This document shows positions 37,401-52,400 of a DNA stretch of 64,000 nt, one piece after another. The DNA is from Antedon mediterranea (taxonomy: Eukaryota; Animalia; Echinodermata), in assembly GCF_964355755.1 (NCBI RefSeq), contig NC_092676.1, positions 14,216,871 through 14,280,870 on the forward strand, written 5' to 3'. Within the stretch, counting starts at the first letter, position 1. The number at the start of each line of letters is the position of its first letter. The translations under genes were made by a program, and so were the position numbers. Below the pieces are notes generated by a model. It was not told the origin of the DNA and made no database searches. It saw only the letters and a list, made by a program, of their open reading frames with translations.

Positions 37401-40400
37401 CAGGAGCATCTTGACTTCAATAATTAATGTACAATTTGGGGGTTTTCCAGTCGGTATATGTACATTAAATTCCCTATGATGATTTAGTTCATAGTTTTCG
37501 CGAATGAAAATTTGGTGCTGTATTTTACTAGACGTTGTTTTTCTAGCAAGCATAAAAACCCACCCAGGCTGTTCTGCCTTGCTTATCCCCTCTGCTATTT
37601 CTTTACCTTTTGTATGTTCCATTAATAAGTGAATCACACAAAATGTGCTGTTATTAATTTGAAAGTGCTTTAAATAATATTAATGTACTTGGAAATAAAT
37701 AAGTAAATAGTAAATTGGGCCCGCAGTATATTAAATTTAAAACGAGTAAGTAAAATCCATAAATTACGATTTAATAAAAATGTAGAATACATGTGGCTCC
37801 CTATTATATATATGGAATGATCCAAATAAATTCGCCCAAAACGTGCCTGTGTTATGTGCGCTGCATACATGCATCACATGGATGGATCAGATTTCATTCA
37901 TTTTCAATCATCATTGTTGATTTTTTGGCTACGGGTTTTGACTCACCATTAAAAAAAAAAAAAAAATGGGATGTAGGCCTAGTTACAGTAGGCCCAGGTA
38001 GATAGTAAATTCGATGACTTCTAGCTAGCTAGGCTATAGGCATATTGTAATTGTATATATCGAATATGCAGTATACTATATAGCTACTGCAGCAGCTCTA
38101 GTAAACTAAGAGTTAACTAGGCCTGGGGAAAATACGCCAAGGAAAAGAGTCTGTGGTACACTCATTGTGAAAATAAGCTACCTAGCTTTCCCCCATATAT
38201 TAGATTTGGTTATATTGTATTATTTTAATAACCTACTCTAGCTAGTAGTATATCAACAACGGTGAAATGGAAATACGATGCATTATGGATATCATCGTTG
38301 CAGATTTAGGGGGTGCGAACAAAACATTCAACAGCCAGAAATACAAAAAAGAAGCGCCGACGTTTTTATTTAGAGCATTTTACTATTTTAGGCATACAGA
38401 ACTAATTGCTGTAAATTTCCTAGAGTTGTCACTGATAAATACAATTTAACATAACCTACATATAACTTAAAAAATCCAAATGATAAATTGTACGCGAACG
38501 CAGTAAAACCAACCAGTTAAATGTTTGTTAAATAATTATTTTACATCTCCCTGGTAAAATGGTACCCTACGCCCCCATTTTTATGCCTCCATCATTGATA
38601 ATCCCCCTCTGTACACACGCCTGCCGGCTATTTGTTTATCATTTTAATGAATGTAGTACGAGTCTAACTCCAAATAAAGATAGAACACATTTTAAGAATT
38701 CAAAGTGTTGATCTTTTTTAAGAATCTGATATATACCATGAATCATCTTTTTACATAATATACAGCATAAGCATGTACAATCTAATTTAATTGTCACACA
38801 ATTGAATTAACAAAGGACAAGAATTTCAAATAAACTGTTACAAATAAACAATTATTAATGAAATAGTTGGGGTATTGTTGGGTCCATGGGAAATCAACAA
38901 TGTTTAGTAGACTTATTTAATTTGTTATTTAAAGTTGAGGGTAGTTATTTTTTAAACAAATATTGGAATACCATGAAAATCAGGCCCGTAGCCAGGGGGG
39001 GTTTTTATGGTTCGGGCGAACCCCTCCTTTACAGCGAACCCCCCTTAACCGACTGCGAACCCCCATCCCCGACATGCCCAATACCTCGCCCTCATCTCCG
39101 AAAACCAAATACGTGCCCCACAGTACAAAAAGTTGTTCGTAAATTAAAAAATTCGTAAACTCGTTCGGAATAACTCATACAGTACCTTCTTCCCTGTATG
39201 AGCATACTTCGAGTGATATAGTCTGTAAAGAGTTACAAATAAATTGCCGATTTTAACCTGAAAAACAAATGTTTGGTCCCTGCATGTAACATGATATTGA
39301 CGCGTCTCACAGCGAGCTGGGGGACGAACGAACGATTCGTACAAAGGACACCGCCAGACAACTGCGTACCAATTGTTTAGATCACTGGCAGTCGGGCAGC
39401 ATGCATAAAGTAATATAGCCTTCCGACATACATCAGTATTTATGTGTGGCTATGAAGTATAATGTATCATAGAGGATTATAGTGAATATTAATATTTTAC
39501 ACTATAATATCTATGGTATCATGTACTGTAGTTCACATTATGACATCCGATTATTTTTTTCTAGACCACCAGCCGATACGTACTCAAATGTATCAATATC
39601 ACCTATTTACATTGGCATATTTAATTTCCTCAACAAATTGCTGTAAATAAATATTATAGATAGAGCTATAATAAGAATTGCATTTGCCTTCACCCAGTGT
39701 GCTTTTTTCGGGGCTTCTCCTAGACGTACGTTCGCATTGAACTTGAACGCAAAACAAAATATCGAGTAAATGATCAAACAATCGGCGGTTCCGCACAGAG
39801 CACGCGCATCTAACATACGGCAACAAGCAACGAGTCCAAGTACGATCGTTTTGCTCATTGGTAGCATGCTGCATGAGAGTGTCTTTTCCGGCCATCTAGG
39901 GGTGTCATTTAACCAAATTTGCTTCGCCTCAGGCCCCACCCCAGGGGGGGGGGTGACCCAAATACTTAGTGTGCGAACCCCCCCTTGACAGATCCTGGCT
40001 ACGGCCCTGAAAATAAAGAAAGATATGTTTTATGATTTCTTAATCACCAAGCAGAAATAAGGAAAGCAATTCAATCTGTTCGCTATAAATTGAGATTCGA
40101 TATAATTGTATTTACTATCACCACTAATTGTGTTTTTTTTTTATTCATTCATAATTCATACAATTTATATATATTCAAAATCCGAATGTATTCATCGTTA
40201 AATAATAATTATTATAATGACCTTTTTACTTCTGTTTTGTGTCATGGTTTTCCTCTTCGGCATTGCCGAATTATTGAATACTCCATTTCCATTGCTACAA
40301 CACACGTCGCGGAATAATATCGCTTAACATAACGATGTAATTTGACCACCCAAAGCTCGCACGTGGCGTGACGAATTGAGAACGACGAACCCGATGTTTT

Positions 40401-43400
40401 ACCCGATGATATGCATGATTGGCCACCAGGGAGCCGAGTCGACCACGAGTTGGAACTGTAGGCAACCGAGTGACGCTCGGTCGTCGTCGGCGGCTGCACT
40501 TACTGACCTCTGTCATATTTTATAAAGGAAAACTGCAAACAACATCGTCGATTTGTGAAAATGGCCCCTTGTTTTTTCTAGGCCTACCTAGTAGTATACC
40601 TGTTTAGCGTACTTTATTTACTTGCGAAAAACGTTGTTTGAATTTTATCGGTAGCCTAGGCTATCTAATAAATATAGAAATAAATATGATCTTATGTTCT
40701 AGCTCCTTCCTACTACTTATTAATAATTAATACTACTAGACTAGGCCTATCTAATGGCTGGTGCTAGCTAGAGGCCTAGCCCTAGGCCAGAGCCTACGTA
40801 CGTATTTGTTGTAATGACAATTTAAATGTTTTATTTAGCTCTATTCTACTCATTATTGCTATTATAATTTATAAAATGGCCTAGTTTGTTCGTATATGAT
40901 TCGTATACGTCCCGTATACGATATTCTTATCATGAATAAACAACGTATACGTTACGTATGCTAAACGTATACGACGCCAACTCTTTGTGGAGCAACCGAG
41001 TGGAAATAATGTAAACAGTGAAATCGTATACGATCCGTATACGTCGTATACGTTTTCAGCGTATACGGATCGTATACGGCTTTTTTGCAAAGGGTAAACA
41101 AATAATGAAAGTTTATTAGTGTAATGGTACAATTAAGGTGAATGATGAAATATAACCTTTCATCATGCCATTATTTGTACCATTACACAAATGTAAAACA
41201 TTCATTATTTATTTTATATAACATTGTAGTGAATTTATAGAGTTGGTTCCGAGCGTTCTCAGGCGTATATAAATCCACGCGACGTACACTGACACTGAAT
41301 CATTTCTCATACAAAAAGTATACTGTATTCAAGTAAAACTTTTATTTCTTGTAACTCGATTAATACATCTTTGTACCAGTCTAGACCTTTCTTCTCTATA
41401 ATCTATACGTCTATCTACTTTGATCTTATTTTCTCTTCCCTCTTAATATCTATTACATTCTACTACTTATACTGGACATGCAAATTAGGATAACATTTTC
41501 CCTCCAAAGTTTCCCTCCAAAATTATACGATTTTGATAGGTTAATAATATTAAGCAGACCTAGTCTAAAGCATCCTTATCTAAACACAGGAAATCAGAAC
41601 ATAAATATTATGACAAACATCTAAAATAAAAGGTAGGCCTATAGGCCTCCATTTGATTCACATTGATTGGAACAGTAACATTTGGTTTGCGAAGCCGAGT
41701 TGAAATATAACCTTTCATCATGCCATTATTTGATTCACATCTGAGCTCGCACTGGTCAATCGCCAAGTCACCACAAGCCAAAATGTTTCCAGATTGGCGA
41801 AAAATAAAAACGGCTACTTTAGCCATTTTGGCGATACATATGATAAAATAGATAATCAAATAATCATTTTGGCGGAAAGCATAAAATCCAACTAAAAGGT
41901 CCATTTTTCGATCTCCAAGCATTTATTTTGTTATATTGTTGTTTACTTCATGTTCAAGCTCCATTTTCCGTCAAATTGTTTCGTTGTACCAGGCGTCTCT
42001 TTGTTATTTCAATATGATGGAGATAGCAGAGGTAGACTGCACAGAGAGACAGACGTTCCCTGACGCATGGAGGATGAAGTCTACACAAACTATCACATGT
42101 TGTGCGCTGCACAAATGGAACGACAGCCGACGGTCGACTATTTCCCGGGATTGTCTATTTTTCGATAGGAGTATACTATTCAGAATAAAAAGAAACATTA
42201 TAGTATCTTCGATGAATGACGTCTTCTTATTCAATCTTCTTTCTCTATCTTAATTCGTATCACAGTACAGTATTTTCGTGAGGATCGAAGAAGCGATAGA
42301 GAGCCAGAGGAGGAAAGCCATAAGCTGGTGCATGCACACAAATTGAATCCCGAGAGAGCAAAAATTACCCACTTGGCCCTAGCATTTACAATTTTAAAAT
42401 GCACAAAATTTATTTCTAATGAACTTTCATCATGACATTTTGTGCATGCCAAAAATTCCCACGCGTTTTTAACCGTACGGTGTGCTTGGAGTATATAAAA
42501 ACATGTTTTTTTCACTTGAATTATGTTTTTACAGCTTTTTCTAGTAACCGTGACCCCCAACTTTTTTTAACGTATAATGCAAGTAGATATGATTTCATGC
42601 AAAATTGTTATCTCTTATTATCTTGTTATGACGTCATCGTATGGCCACCCAAATATAAAATATAGTATTTTTGTCTCTTTCATTTAAAGATGTATTGTCC
42701 CTTGAAACACAAAAAAATGAAAGTAATATTAAAGTTACTCACTTTAGGTCGAAAATTCGAGGCAAAAACAACAAGTTTACGTAATTAACAGGTAAATTAA
42801 TTTGATTACATTTCGTCTGGTAAATCGTCATGAGCGAAAATAAACAAAGATTCCAAACCATGAGTATGCATGATGCTAATTAGGATTGTTTACAACTCGT
42901 CGCGGTTGAGAAGGTGTTTTCACACAGATTGCAAGGAAGTTTTATGATTATGCATACAGAGTAGCGAAACAAGCGCGTTGCATTATGATATATGTTTTGA
43001 TCGAAAACTTTGACTGGAAGTCAAAGTTATTTTTTGAACAAAAAAACTTAAATGTATTTTGGTTTAATTATTTTTATAAACTAATTTTTGGTGAAAGTTA
43101 ATAACTATTATGATACGGTACTTCAAAATGACCCACATTTTTTTGAAATATTAAAAAAAAAAATTTTTTGAATTAGTCAAAGGGACAATACATCTTTAAT
43201 AAAGCGCATCTCGCTATCCGTACCTCAATTTTGCCCATATTTTAATATTGCTCAATCAATTTTGTAAGAGTTATCAACATTTTAATTTTGATTACGTCAT
43301 CATGTTCAAAAGTCTTAACAATGTGGGTCACTTATTTTCATTTTTCAGTAAATTTCAATACACAGCTTCTCAGAATGAAAAGTGATACTCATGATTAAAA

Positions 43401-46400
43401 AAATTTCTGGAAGCTGTTGTAGATATGAATTAATGTAAAAATTTTGCCTATCGAATGTTGTGACACCATCATATGATCCGTTTTTCATCTTTAGCGTCAT
43501 TGTTCATCACATTTAGAGATGTAATGTCCCCCAAAAACATGAAAAATGAAGATTAATTAAATCTTGTAGTTTTAATAAAATTATTCACTTTCGTATAAAA
43601 AAAATGAAAAAATAATAATTTTTTCACTTATAAAATGACAAAATAAATGTGACATTACAATGGCATTTAAAAAAAAAATTTGTTATTTTTTCAGGGGGAC
43701 AATACGTCTTTAAAAGAGCTATCTATATTCTACGTAGCTAAATTTCTTTAACATGTTAATATGTTGTTGCTCAGATTATTTTCTTCCAAAATTGCTATCT
43801 TAGTGTTTCATTTTGATGACGTCATCATGTTACAAATTGGAATAAAAGGCGTGTCTCTTAATTTCACCTATGTAGCATGTATACAGTATATACTGTGTAT
43901 ACTGTATATATACTAATACTGTATGCACTGTATATAATATACTATATGAAACACACTAGACAAAATTCAGCACTAACAACATATAATTTTCTTCATGTCA
44001 TAATGGCATAATCGTCTTCTGTGCGCAATATTTCAACGTATGACGCGCATGTGGCGTTTGTCGTGCAGATAACTAACTCGTCAAAGTGACGAGTTCATAT
44101 CTAGTTCTTCTTTCTTTCTGTCATTTTTTGTGGCTCTTGTATCTCAAAAACGTGTACGCATCACATTTCATAATTTTGTCAACATATGGACATTTACGTG
44201 AAGTTGTGCACCTCCTATGTTGAATGACGTCAGAGTTGCGCAAAATTACACGATTTTATTTAATGTTTAAAATTAAATTTTATTTATTTATTTTATCATA
44301 GCCTCTGCAAATCAAGTCTGTCATCTGTGTAGAAGGAATTAAAGGTTATCTCTATGTTGAGGCCTTTAAGCAGACACATGTAAAGCATGCCATTAATGGT
44401 GTTAGCAATCTTCGTATGGGTTACTATACTCAACAGATGGTCCCGGTGAAAGAGATGACTGACGTGCTGCGTGTTGTCAAAGAGAAGTCTGTTTTAAAAA
44501 CACGAGCCTGGGTTCGCATGAAGTATGTCTCATAATTTAAAATCATCCTATTTAAACACATTTTTATTTTGAAATACAAACATTTTGAGTCCGGAAACCC
44601 AATTGTAGAATGCGCCACAGCTTAACTCTCACGGTCAAATCCACACACAATGTATTTTCATTTTTCAATGACAAATTAAAATGTTCTCTCCATTCAATTC
44701 ATAAACATTAAATATTTGTACAACAATTTGCTTTAAAATTATTTAGACGTGGTGTATATAAGGATGATCTAGCACAGGTCGATTATGTGGACTTGGCACA
44801 GAATCAAGTAACTCTCAAACTGATGCCTAGAATTGACTACTCACGTCCTCGTGGAATATCACGAAGCTCGGGTGATGCAGGTGACAAAAGAAAGAAAAGG
44901 CGTCGACCGATTACAAAGCTGTTTGATCTTGAAGCAATTCGGTATTTAGAAAGTTTTTTATACATAAAGATCATTGTATCAAAACTAAATAGACTACAAA
45001 TTATGAGTTTTTAAAATTAATGAACACTACATTCTCATTCCCATAGCTGATGCCGTAGATTAGTTTACTTGGACTGGTCCCTAACCCTTCAAATGTTTAG
45101 TGATAATATTGACCTTTGACTTCTCAGTAGGCTCAATCAAATACGTTACCAAGTTGCAAAGTAAAAATCATTTTTAACATATTTTTTATTAATTTCTTAT
45201 TAGTGGCATTGGAGGTGAAGTCAGCACTGATGGTGACTATTATATGTTTGAAGGAAATCGCTACAGTAGGAAGGGATTTTTATTCAAAACTTTTGTAATG
45301 AGTGCCATTGTAAGTGTTGATTGTATATTAAGCTTATTGCACAAGAAAAAGTTGTTTTATATCAATAGTCATCTTTCTGTATCATTACAACAAAGATGTG
45401 AAACATTAGAATGTTAAAAATTATGTAGCCGCCCCCAAGTACTTGCCTACTACACTGGGCCTAAACGGCTAGGCATGGGCCTACGGTATATTTTATTATT
45501 AGGCCTAAATCCTACCTTAATTCAATTTGAGGGCCTATGTAAAATAATGCAACATATATTCCATGTCCATAATGAATTAATTGCTTTCTATGATAAATGC
45601 TTGCAAGCAAACAGCAGCCTACTTTTTTGCGTAACGTGTATTGGATTGAAAAACAAGTGCGCAGAGGCTTGGCAGCGGCGGTGGTGTGGCGGGGAATTAA
45701 CTCGCGGAGTATCATGTTTCATGCTATGTGACAAAAAAGGTACTGTGTGTAATACCCTCGGCAGCATTTTTGCGACTGAGTGAACGTTGCCCACTCGGTT
45801 ACGTGCAAGGTCAGCTGACATTTTTTTAACAATCTCTTGTCTGCATCACTTTATATATTGACTAAACGGTGATAGAACAAAGAGCTTCAATCGTCTGTGA
45901 TCGACTGGACATCCACTAAAGTAATGTTGGTAAATTGTGCCTCTCTAATTAATTGTGGGAAATTTCTATTATTAGTATGTAATGCCCCAGTAATTACCAT
46001 TGACACACCACGCAATGCAAACAAATATTAATGCATTGAACCTAAAAAATTGCAAAATTGAATTCCATACAGCCTCCAACAACACCCCCAGGGTAACATG
46101 ATGTCCCCACAGAGTAAGTTTACTTAAGCCCCTTTCTCACAGATGTGCCACCAATATACCGGTATTATGATGGGGTCGTGCCGGTATCGTTACCGGCATA
46201 TACCCATTCTCATCGGACTATCGTGCCGGAAATATAACCGGTATATACCGGCTTTCTGTGAGAAAGGAGTCGGGCATATTCCGCCAATAAAAAGTCTTTG
46301 ACAAAATAATTATTGAGGGCGTCCTTTATTGTTATTATTTTTGTCTAGCGATATATGGCGGCGAATTTTAAGTTACAGATTATTATCTTCCTTTATAGCA

Positions 46401-49400
46401 TATTTATGCAATACATGCTATGTACAGTATATTGTGCATATACAGGTACAGCAATTAATTAGCCGTCATCGGCAATCTGTAAAACACCTTAGAAGGCTGT
46501 ACAATTTACAAGGCGACGAAGGGTCAGGCACCAACAAAGAGCTAAATGGCCTAGGCCTATAGATTATGCTACAAATTTCTTCTTGTCCCCTTATTTAAGC
46601 AGCTCTCTTATCTCATTATCCCTCCAGTTCGACATTATTATTGTTAATTGATTTGAATCGGTGCCAAAGTGATAGACTTGACTGCCCAAGGTGTCAAAGC
46701 CTCGATGGAGAATTAAATATAACCCCGGAATATAACGGCGTTACGTTCTCACAGAATGCCCGTCTGGCATTGCGGGGAATATCCCTAGAATATTACTAGG
46801 TCTGAAGCAGGTCATGTCGATGCCGGCATGATGCCAAGACGACCCGTTCTCACAAAAAACCATACCGGCATTGTAATGGTATATTCCCGCAATATTCCTG
46901 GCACACAGCTCTGTGAGAAAGGGGCTTTAGTGTAATATAGAAGGTGCTGTGCAAAATAAGGCTTTAAAATATGGTGAAATCAAAATGAGAACTTTAAAGC
47001 TGCTAGTTACCTACTTTTCATCAAAATATATTATGAATTGCTTGAATCATCCGTTGATGAATATGCAGCAGGTTGTCAGCTCAAAAGTAAAAAAAACATG
47101 ATGTTATCATTGCTTCTGACTGGCACACCATTTATATTAACATCTACCATCCAAAATATTTATAGTCACATCTCAACAAATTGTATCTGATCATGTAATA
47201 TGAGTTAAAATATAATTTACATAAATCACATTTTATTATTTATATAGATGACAGAAGGTGTGAAACCAACCCTCTCTGAGCTGGAGAAGTTTGAAGACAA
47301 ACCAGAAAATATAGATGTTGAATGTATCCTTTTTTTTTTTTCAAATTAAATTTACCTGTTAATTACGTAAACTTGTTGTTTTTGGCTCGAATTTTCAACT
47401 TAAAGTGAATAACTTTAATATTACTTTGATATGACCAATTTAAGTTTAGAATATTTAGACCTTCATTTTTTTGTGTTTCAAGGGAAAATACATCTTAAAT
47501 ATCATGAGCTTTGTGCCCTACTACACCATGAATGATAGAATAAATATCACATGTAGAAATACATCATCATAGTGCAAGGTCAAATGAGTTACATTCATTA
47601 ATGACATGCACATTAGTCTAGGACCTGGGTCAGATTTGTATGCATTTAATTTAGGAGAGAATATCTCAACTGTTATAGGATAATTTAACCCCAACGAACA
47701 ACATGGAATTCATTCATGTACATTTACCTAGGATTTTTAGAAAAACTTTCAATAAAACTAAAATCTCAAAATATTTAGTATCTCTTCGTTATGCAGTACA
47801 GTACTGGCATTCAATCAGTTACTGTCCTTGACTAAATAAAAGTGGTAACCAGTAAAAGCAGTGGGGATGTGACACACACATTTGCTCCAGGAGACAATGT
47901 TGAAGTGATAGACGGTGAATTGATTCACCTTCAGGGTAAAATACAGTCTGTTGAAGGCAATACAGTATTTGTAATGCCCAAGCATGAAGATTTAAAGGTA
48001 ATACATAGAAATATTATTTACAAGTTAAATATAATATTCATGACGATGGAGATGCCAAAATATTTTGGCAAATTTAGCTAAATCCCTATGTAATGTTGTA
48101 TTCTTACAATACTGCCCTCTATAGTGTTATTGAATAAGGCGTCATCTACAAATTATTTCAGACCACAAATCAGCGTCCAGACGCGTTTTCTATTGTTTAC
48201 CCAAAAACGCGTCTCAAAACCCGTCTGATTTGGCTGCGTCTAGACGCCAATATGCATGTTCGACTATGGCCCCGCCCCTATATACGGCTGACTGCACATT
48301 GTTATACTGTGTACTGGTGTTAAACGCGCTACATACAAGTGAATTCATTGAGAGCGTGTGATATTAAATTATTATTTACAACCGGCAGTAAGACAAACAA
48401 ATCAGTACAGGTATACCCTTTTACCGCCGACAGAGTATGTAAAGCGCAAATTTTCGTTTCTATTTATTCGCGACCTTTTATTTTTGCGATTTCATTTTTC
48501 TTGTGGTAAAGAGTGAATTTACCACATGCAAAAACGTTAAAGTTAACTTTTGGAACATGGAATCACTCAAACTATTGACCTACAGACAGTACAGAAAGAA
48601 AATACTGCAACTTTACCTACGAAGTAGCTTGATCGTAGGCTACGTTGTTGGCTTCGTAGGTTCCATTGTTTGGCTTCGTAACCTCAATAAACAACTTTCA
48701 ATGAACTACATTCTGAATTTCGTAGGGAGTTCGTAACCTAAATAAACAACCCTACGATGTTCTTAGTGAAGTAAGGTGTGAAATTAATGTGTTAAATTTA
48801 ACTAGCGGAGGACCAAGTTGTAAATATAATATAATATTTTTTAATCGTAATCGTTTCCTTCGTGCGTGTTTACCTACTCAACGGCGAATATAAATATAAA
48901 TTTCCCACGATGTAAACGTAGAGACACGCGATCCAACACAGGTGAACCTCAACGAACAGGCCAACTAATAAACATATTATAGCGAACGTCCAGTCCATCC
49001 AGAACGATGCCGAGAAAAAAAGATCGTAAACAATTCATTCTAAATATAGTATCAGAACGTTTTCAGTCGGTCGCTCAACATTTCGCTCAAAAAGACTGCC
49101 GACAGAAGACCGTAATAAATACAGACCTAGTTTTTTTGGGCACATGGCATGAAACGCGATACTCTGGTGGCTGCCGTCTGACGACGATAAAACAGTAATT
49201 AAGATAGTGTACCTGGATTTTGTGTCACATGACATGAAACATAATACTCTCTCTCTAGCTCTAAACTGCTCACATGTTTTTTCCCCTCCAAATTCTGGTC
49301 GAGCCTTTTTCTTTACACATGTCGTAATCATTTTAAACGGCCTAGGCCCTAGGCCTATGTTAAATCTTAATATGGAATATATATTTATTTTCATATCCTA

Positions 49401-52400
49401 GCCTAGGCGTCATTGTTTTTATAATTCGCTAAACCAAGGTAGGAGCGTTAAATAATTTATAGGCCTAGGCTAGGAGGCCTAGTGTAGGCCGCCGAAACTA
49501 GGCTAGCCTAGACTTTCTTTCTCTCTGCATGAGCTGAGGTCCACAGGCCCGATGTCGTCTCATCGGCGAATTTCCGTCCAAATTAGGATAACCTAGGCCT
49601 AGTCTCAGATTTGTTGGTTCTGTGAAATGATACCAATGTTGTTTCACCATACAAGCAATACAGACGGGTTTTAATCACTCAGACGCGTTTTCTATTGTTT
49701 TACCTACTAACAGCGAAGACGGGTTTTAATCACACAGACGCGTCTTCGCCGCGATTGGGTAGCTCATGAATATTCATAATAGATCGTTAATGAGGTTCAG
49801 CATTGGACAGACGCGTCTGATGGGTTGCAAGTTTTCAGACGCGTCTCTGTGGTCTGAAATAATTTGTAGATGACGCCTAAAGTACTCAGCAGATACACAT
49901 GTTTATTGATTGTGTGTAGTATGTCCTATCATTAAACATCACATTGGGGACGAGGATGGCATCTTTAATACCACACTCGCACACTTTTGAGGTACATGGC
50001 AAAGGTAACACCCTAGTTGCACAGTATCAATCTAATCTTTAAAAAGTCTTTCAGAAGAAGAAATAATTTTAGGACATAACCACTGAAAAATAACTAATTA
50101 TATTTCACTTTGAATGCAAGTGCTGTACATTTGATTTATTTGTATTTACAGCAGGATGGGAGACCGTTTGAGAATATCCGGTGGTAGACCAGAGAGTTAC
50201 CCTGTATAGTGTTACATTAAAGTCCATTCCCTATGTTTTTTAGATCTAATTTAAGGTCACAAACTACATTTAATGTAAAAATAAATACTAATGGTTCTAT
50301 TGAGATAACTTGTTTCGTCTTTAAATTAATAAAAATGTGAAAAATAAGATGATTCTAATCATTTTAGTAGCCCGCTTTAAATCCCGAAAGGCATTGCGTG
50401 CGGATTGATATTTGGTTATCCACATCAAAGTTGCAGGATAACTCTTGTGATTGTCAAAGTCAAATATAAAATAAAGGATTTTTGTCTCTTTCGTCATAGC
50501 TCATCGCATTTAATAGAGCGCATCTCAACTCATTCCATTTCCCCCCTAATTTTAATTGTCTAGGTCAATCAATTATCTTTAGCATGATTTACCATTTTTT
50601 AAATTTTGATGACATCATCATGTTCAAATGCGTGAATTACTTGGGTCACTTATTTTCATCATTACAGTATATTTAAATATGTTATAGCTCCTCAGAATAA
50701 AAACTGATACTTTTCTGGAAGCTGTTTAACTATAGATTAGTCTGGGTTCCAGACGGAGTTTTGTCTTAATATTAGTTAAAAGATAAATATTTTGGCACAT
50801 ATGGCGTTTCATACGTATACTACCTGATTTTGGATACTCCGTCTGGGGAAACACGCACAAGTCACGTGGTGCATACGATTATCCGGTTGACTAGTTTCAG
50901 CTGCATGCGATTGGCTACTCACTCGTACACCGTTTAAATATTCATATTTCAGAATTTCAAAGACTCAACAACTAAGATGATGCGCATGGGCTATGTTACG
51001 TTTAGACAATGTGTACTTAGGGTACATTTATGAAAGTTCTGAAGGCTAGAAATTATTTTATATGCCTAGTAGTCTCTGGTAAACATTTGATGTGATTTTT
51101 CCCAAGAACATGAAAACTCGTCTTGATATGATAGGCTAGCTTCTCCGCAAATTAAACATTGAATGGATCATTTATTACGCGGAGATAATTTTGATTTAAT
51201 TCCCACCCAGACCCTGTCCTGTTCTGTGACAATGTGTGATGGTGTAGCCCTGTTGTGTGCCGGTGGTATGTAGGCCTACTTTATTGGCGTTTTATTTGGC
51301 AGGTCATACGTGCGAGTTGAGTAGGACCTACGAAAGAGGCCTAGGCCAAGGACTAAACAATTAATAAACAAAACAACTTGGCATTACGATTTTATATTTC
51401 AATAGTCTCGATCGTACATTAAGCACTGGTAGGCCTACGTACTCGATCTCTTTCATTTTGAAACAAAATGATCATTGGTTGATTCGAAATCCATATTTAC
51501 ATACCGCCCGCCCCATATAGCCAAATACGGTATGATAACCTACGTCATTCTTATCGTATGTTTGCGGTCTGCAAATCGATTTCTATACGTGTTTCACAAG
51601 TCTGTATTTTGTAACAAAAATCGCGGTCGAAATAAAAACAAATAAAAAAAAAAAAAAAGATAATACAGACTTGGGGCAAGTCTAACTATAGATATGAATT
51701 CATGTACAAATTTTGTGCATCCGATGTTGTGACATCATCATAATAATGGCCAGTTGAACTATAAAAGTTGTATTTTCACATTTTGTGTCATAGTTCATGA
51801 CATTTAAAAGAGCGCGCATCTATATCCTACCTTCTATATCTTCTATTCTATCTAAATTTCTTCAACACGTTAATATAATTCCCTTCCAAAATTGCTATCT
51901 ACATGTTTCATTTTGATGACGTCATCATGTTAAAAATTGGAATATAAGATGGGTCCCGTTATTTTTACCTTTCTGCACTGTAAGTAGTATGTGTAGAACC
52001 TGTGTTTAACATACCCTGATTTTACGTTCCCTGGATTTTACGTACGCTTAAAATAACCGATGACGTCATCATTTTCTTACATTGAGGGCGCAATTTAACA
52101 ACAACAAACAAAGCCATTGCTGTGTGAGACAAGCTACACACATTCCCTCTACAGCAGCTACTGTTTTTATTGATAGAAAATACAAGAACATTGATATTTT
52201 ATTTATAACACTTTATTTAAACGCACAAGCTGAATAATACTGTACTTTTTTAGGTAGGCCTCACATCTTGCTAGGCCTGCTAGCCTGGCCTGAATAGTCT
52301 AGGCATAGAGATATTATAGTGAACTATAATATCTCTATGGTCTAGGCAAGGCCTAGCTAGTGGCCACCTGCATGCTGTACAGCAGAACACGGTAGCCTTT

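Noticed and set aside
37070-37414. Extension of ORF 36908-37414 beyond KDE
   Set aside because: Read-through past a GTAAGT donor into TE subterminal repeats.
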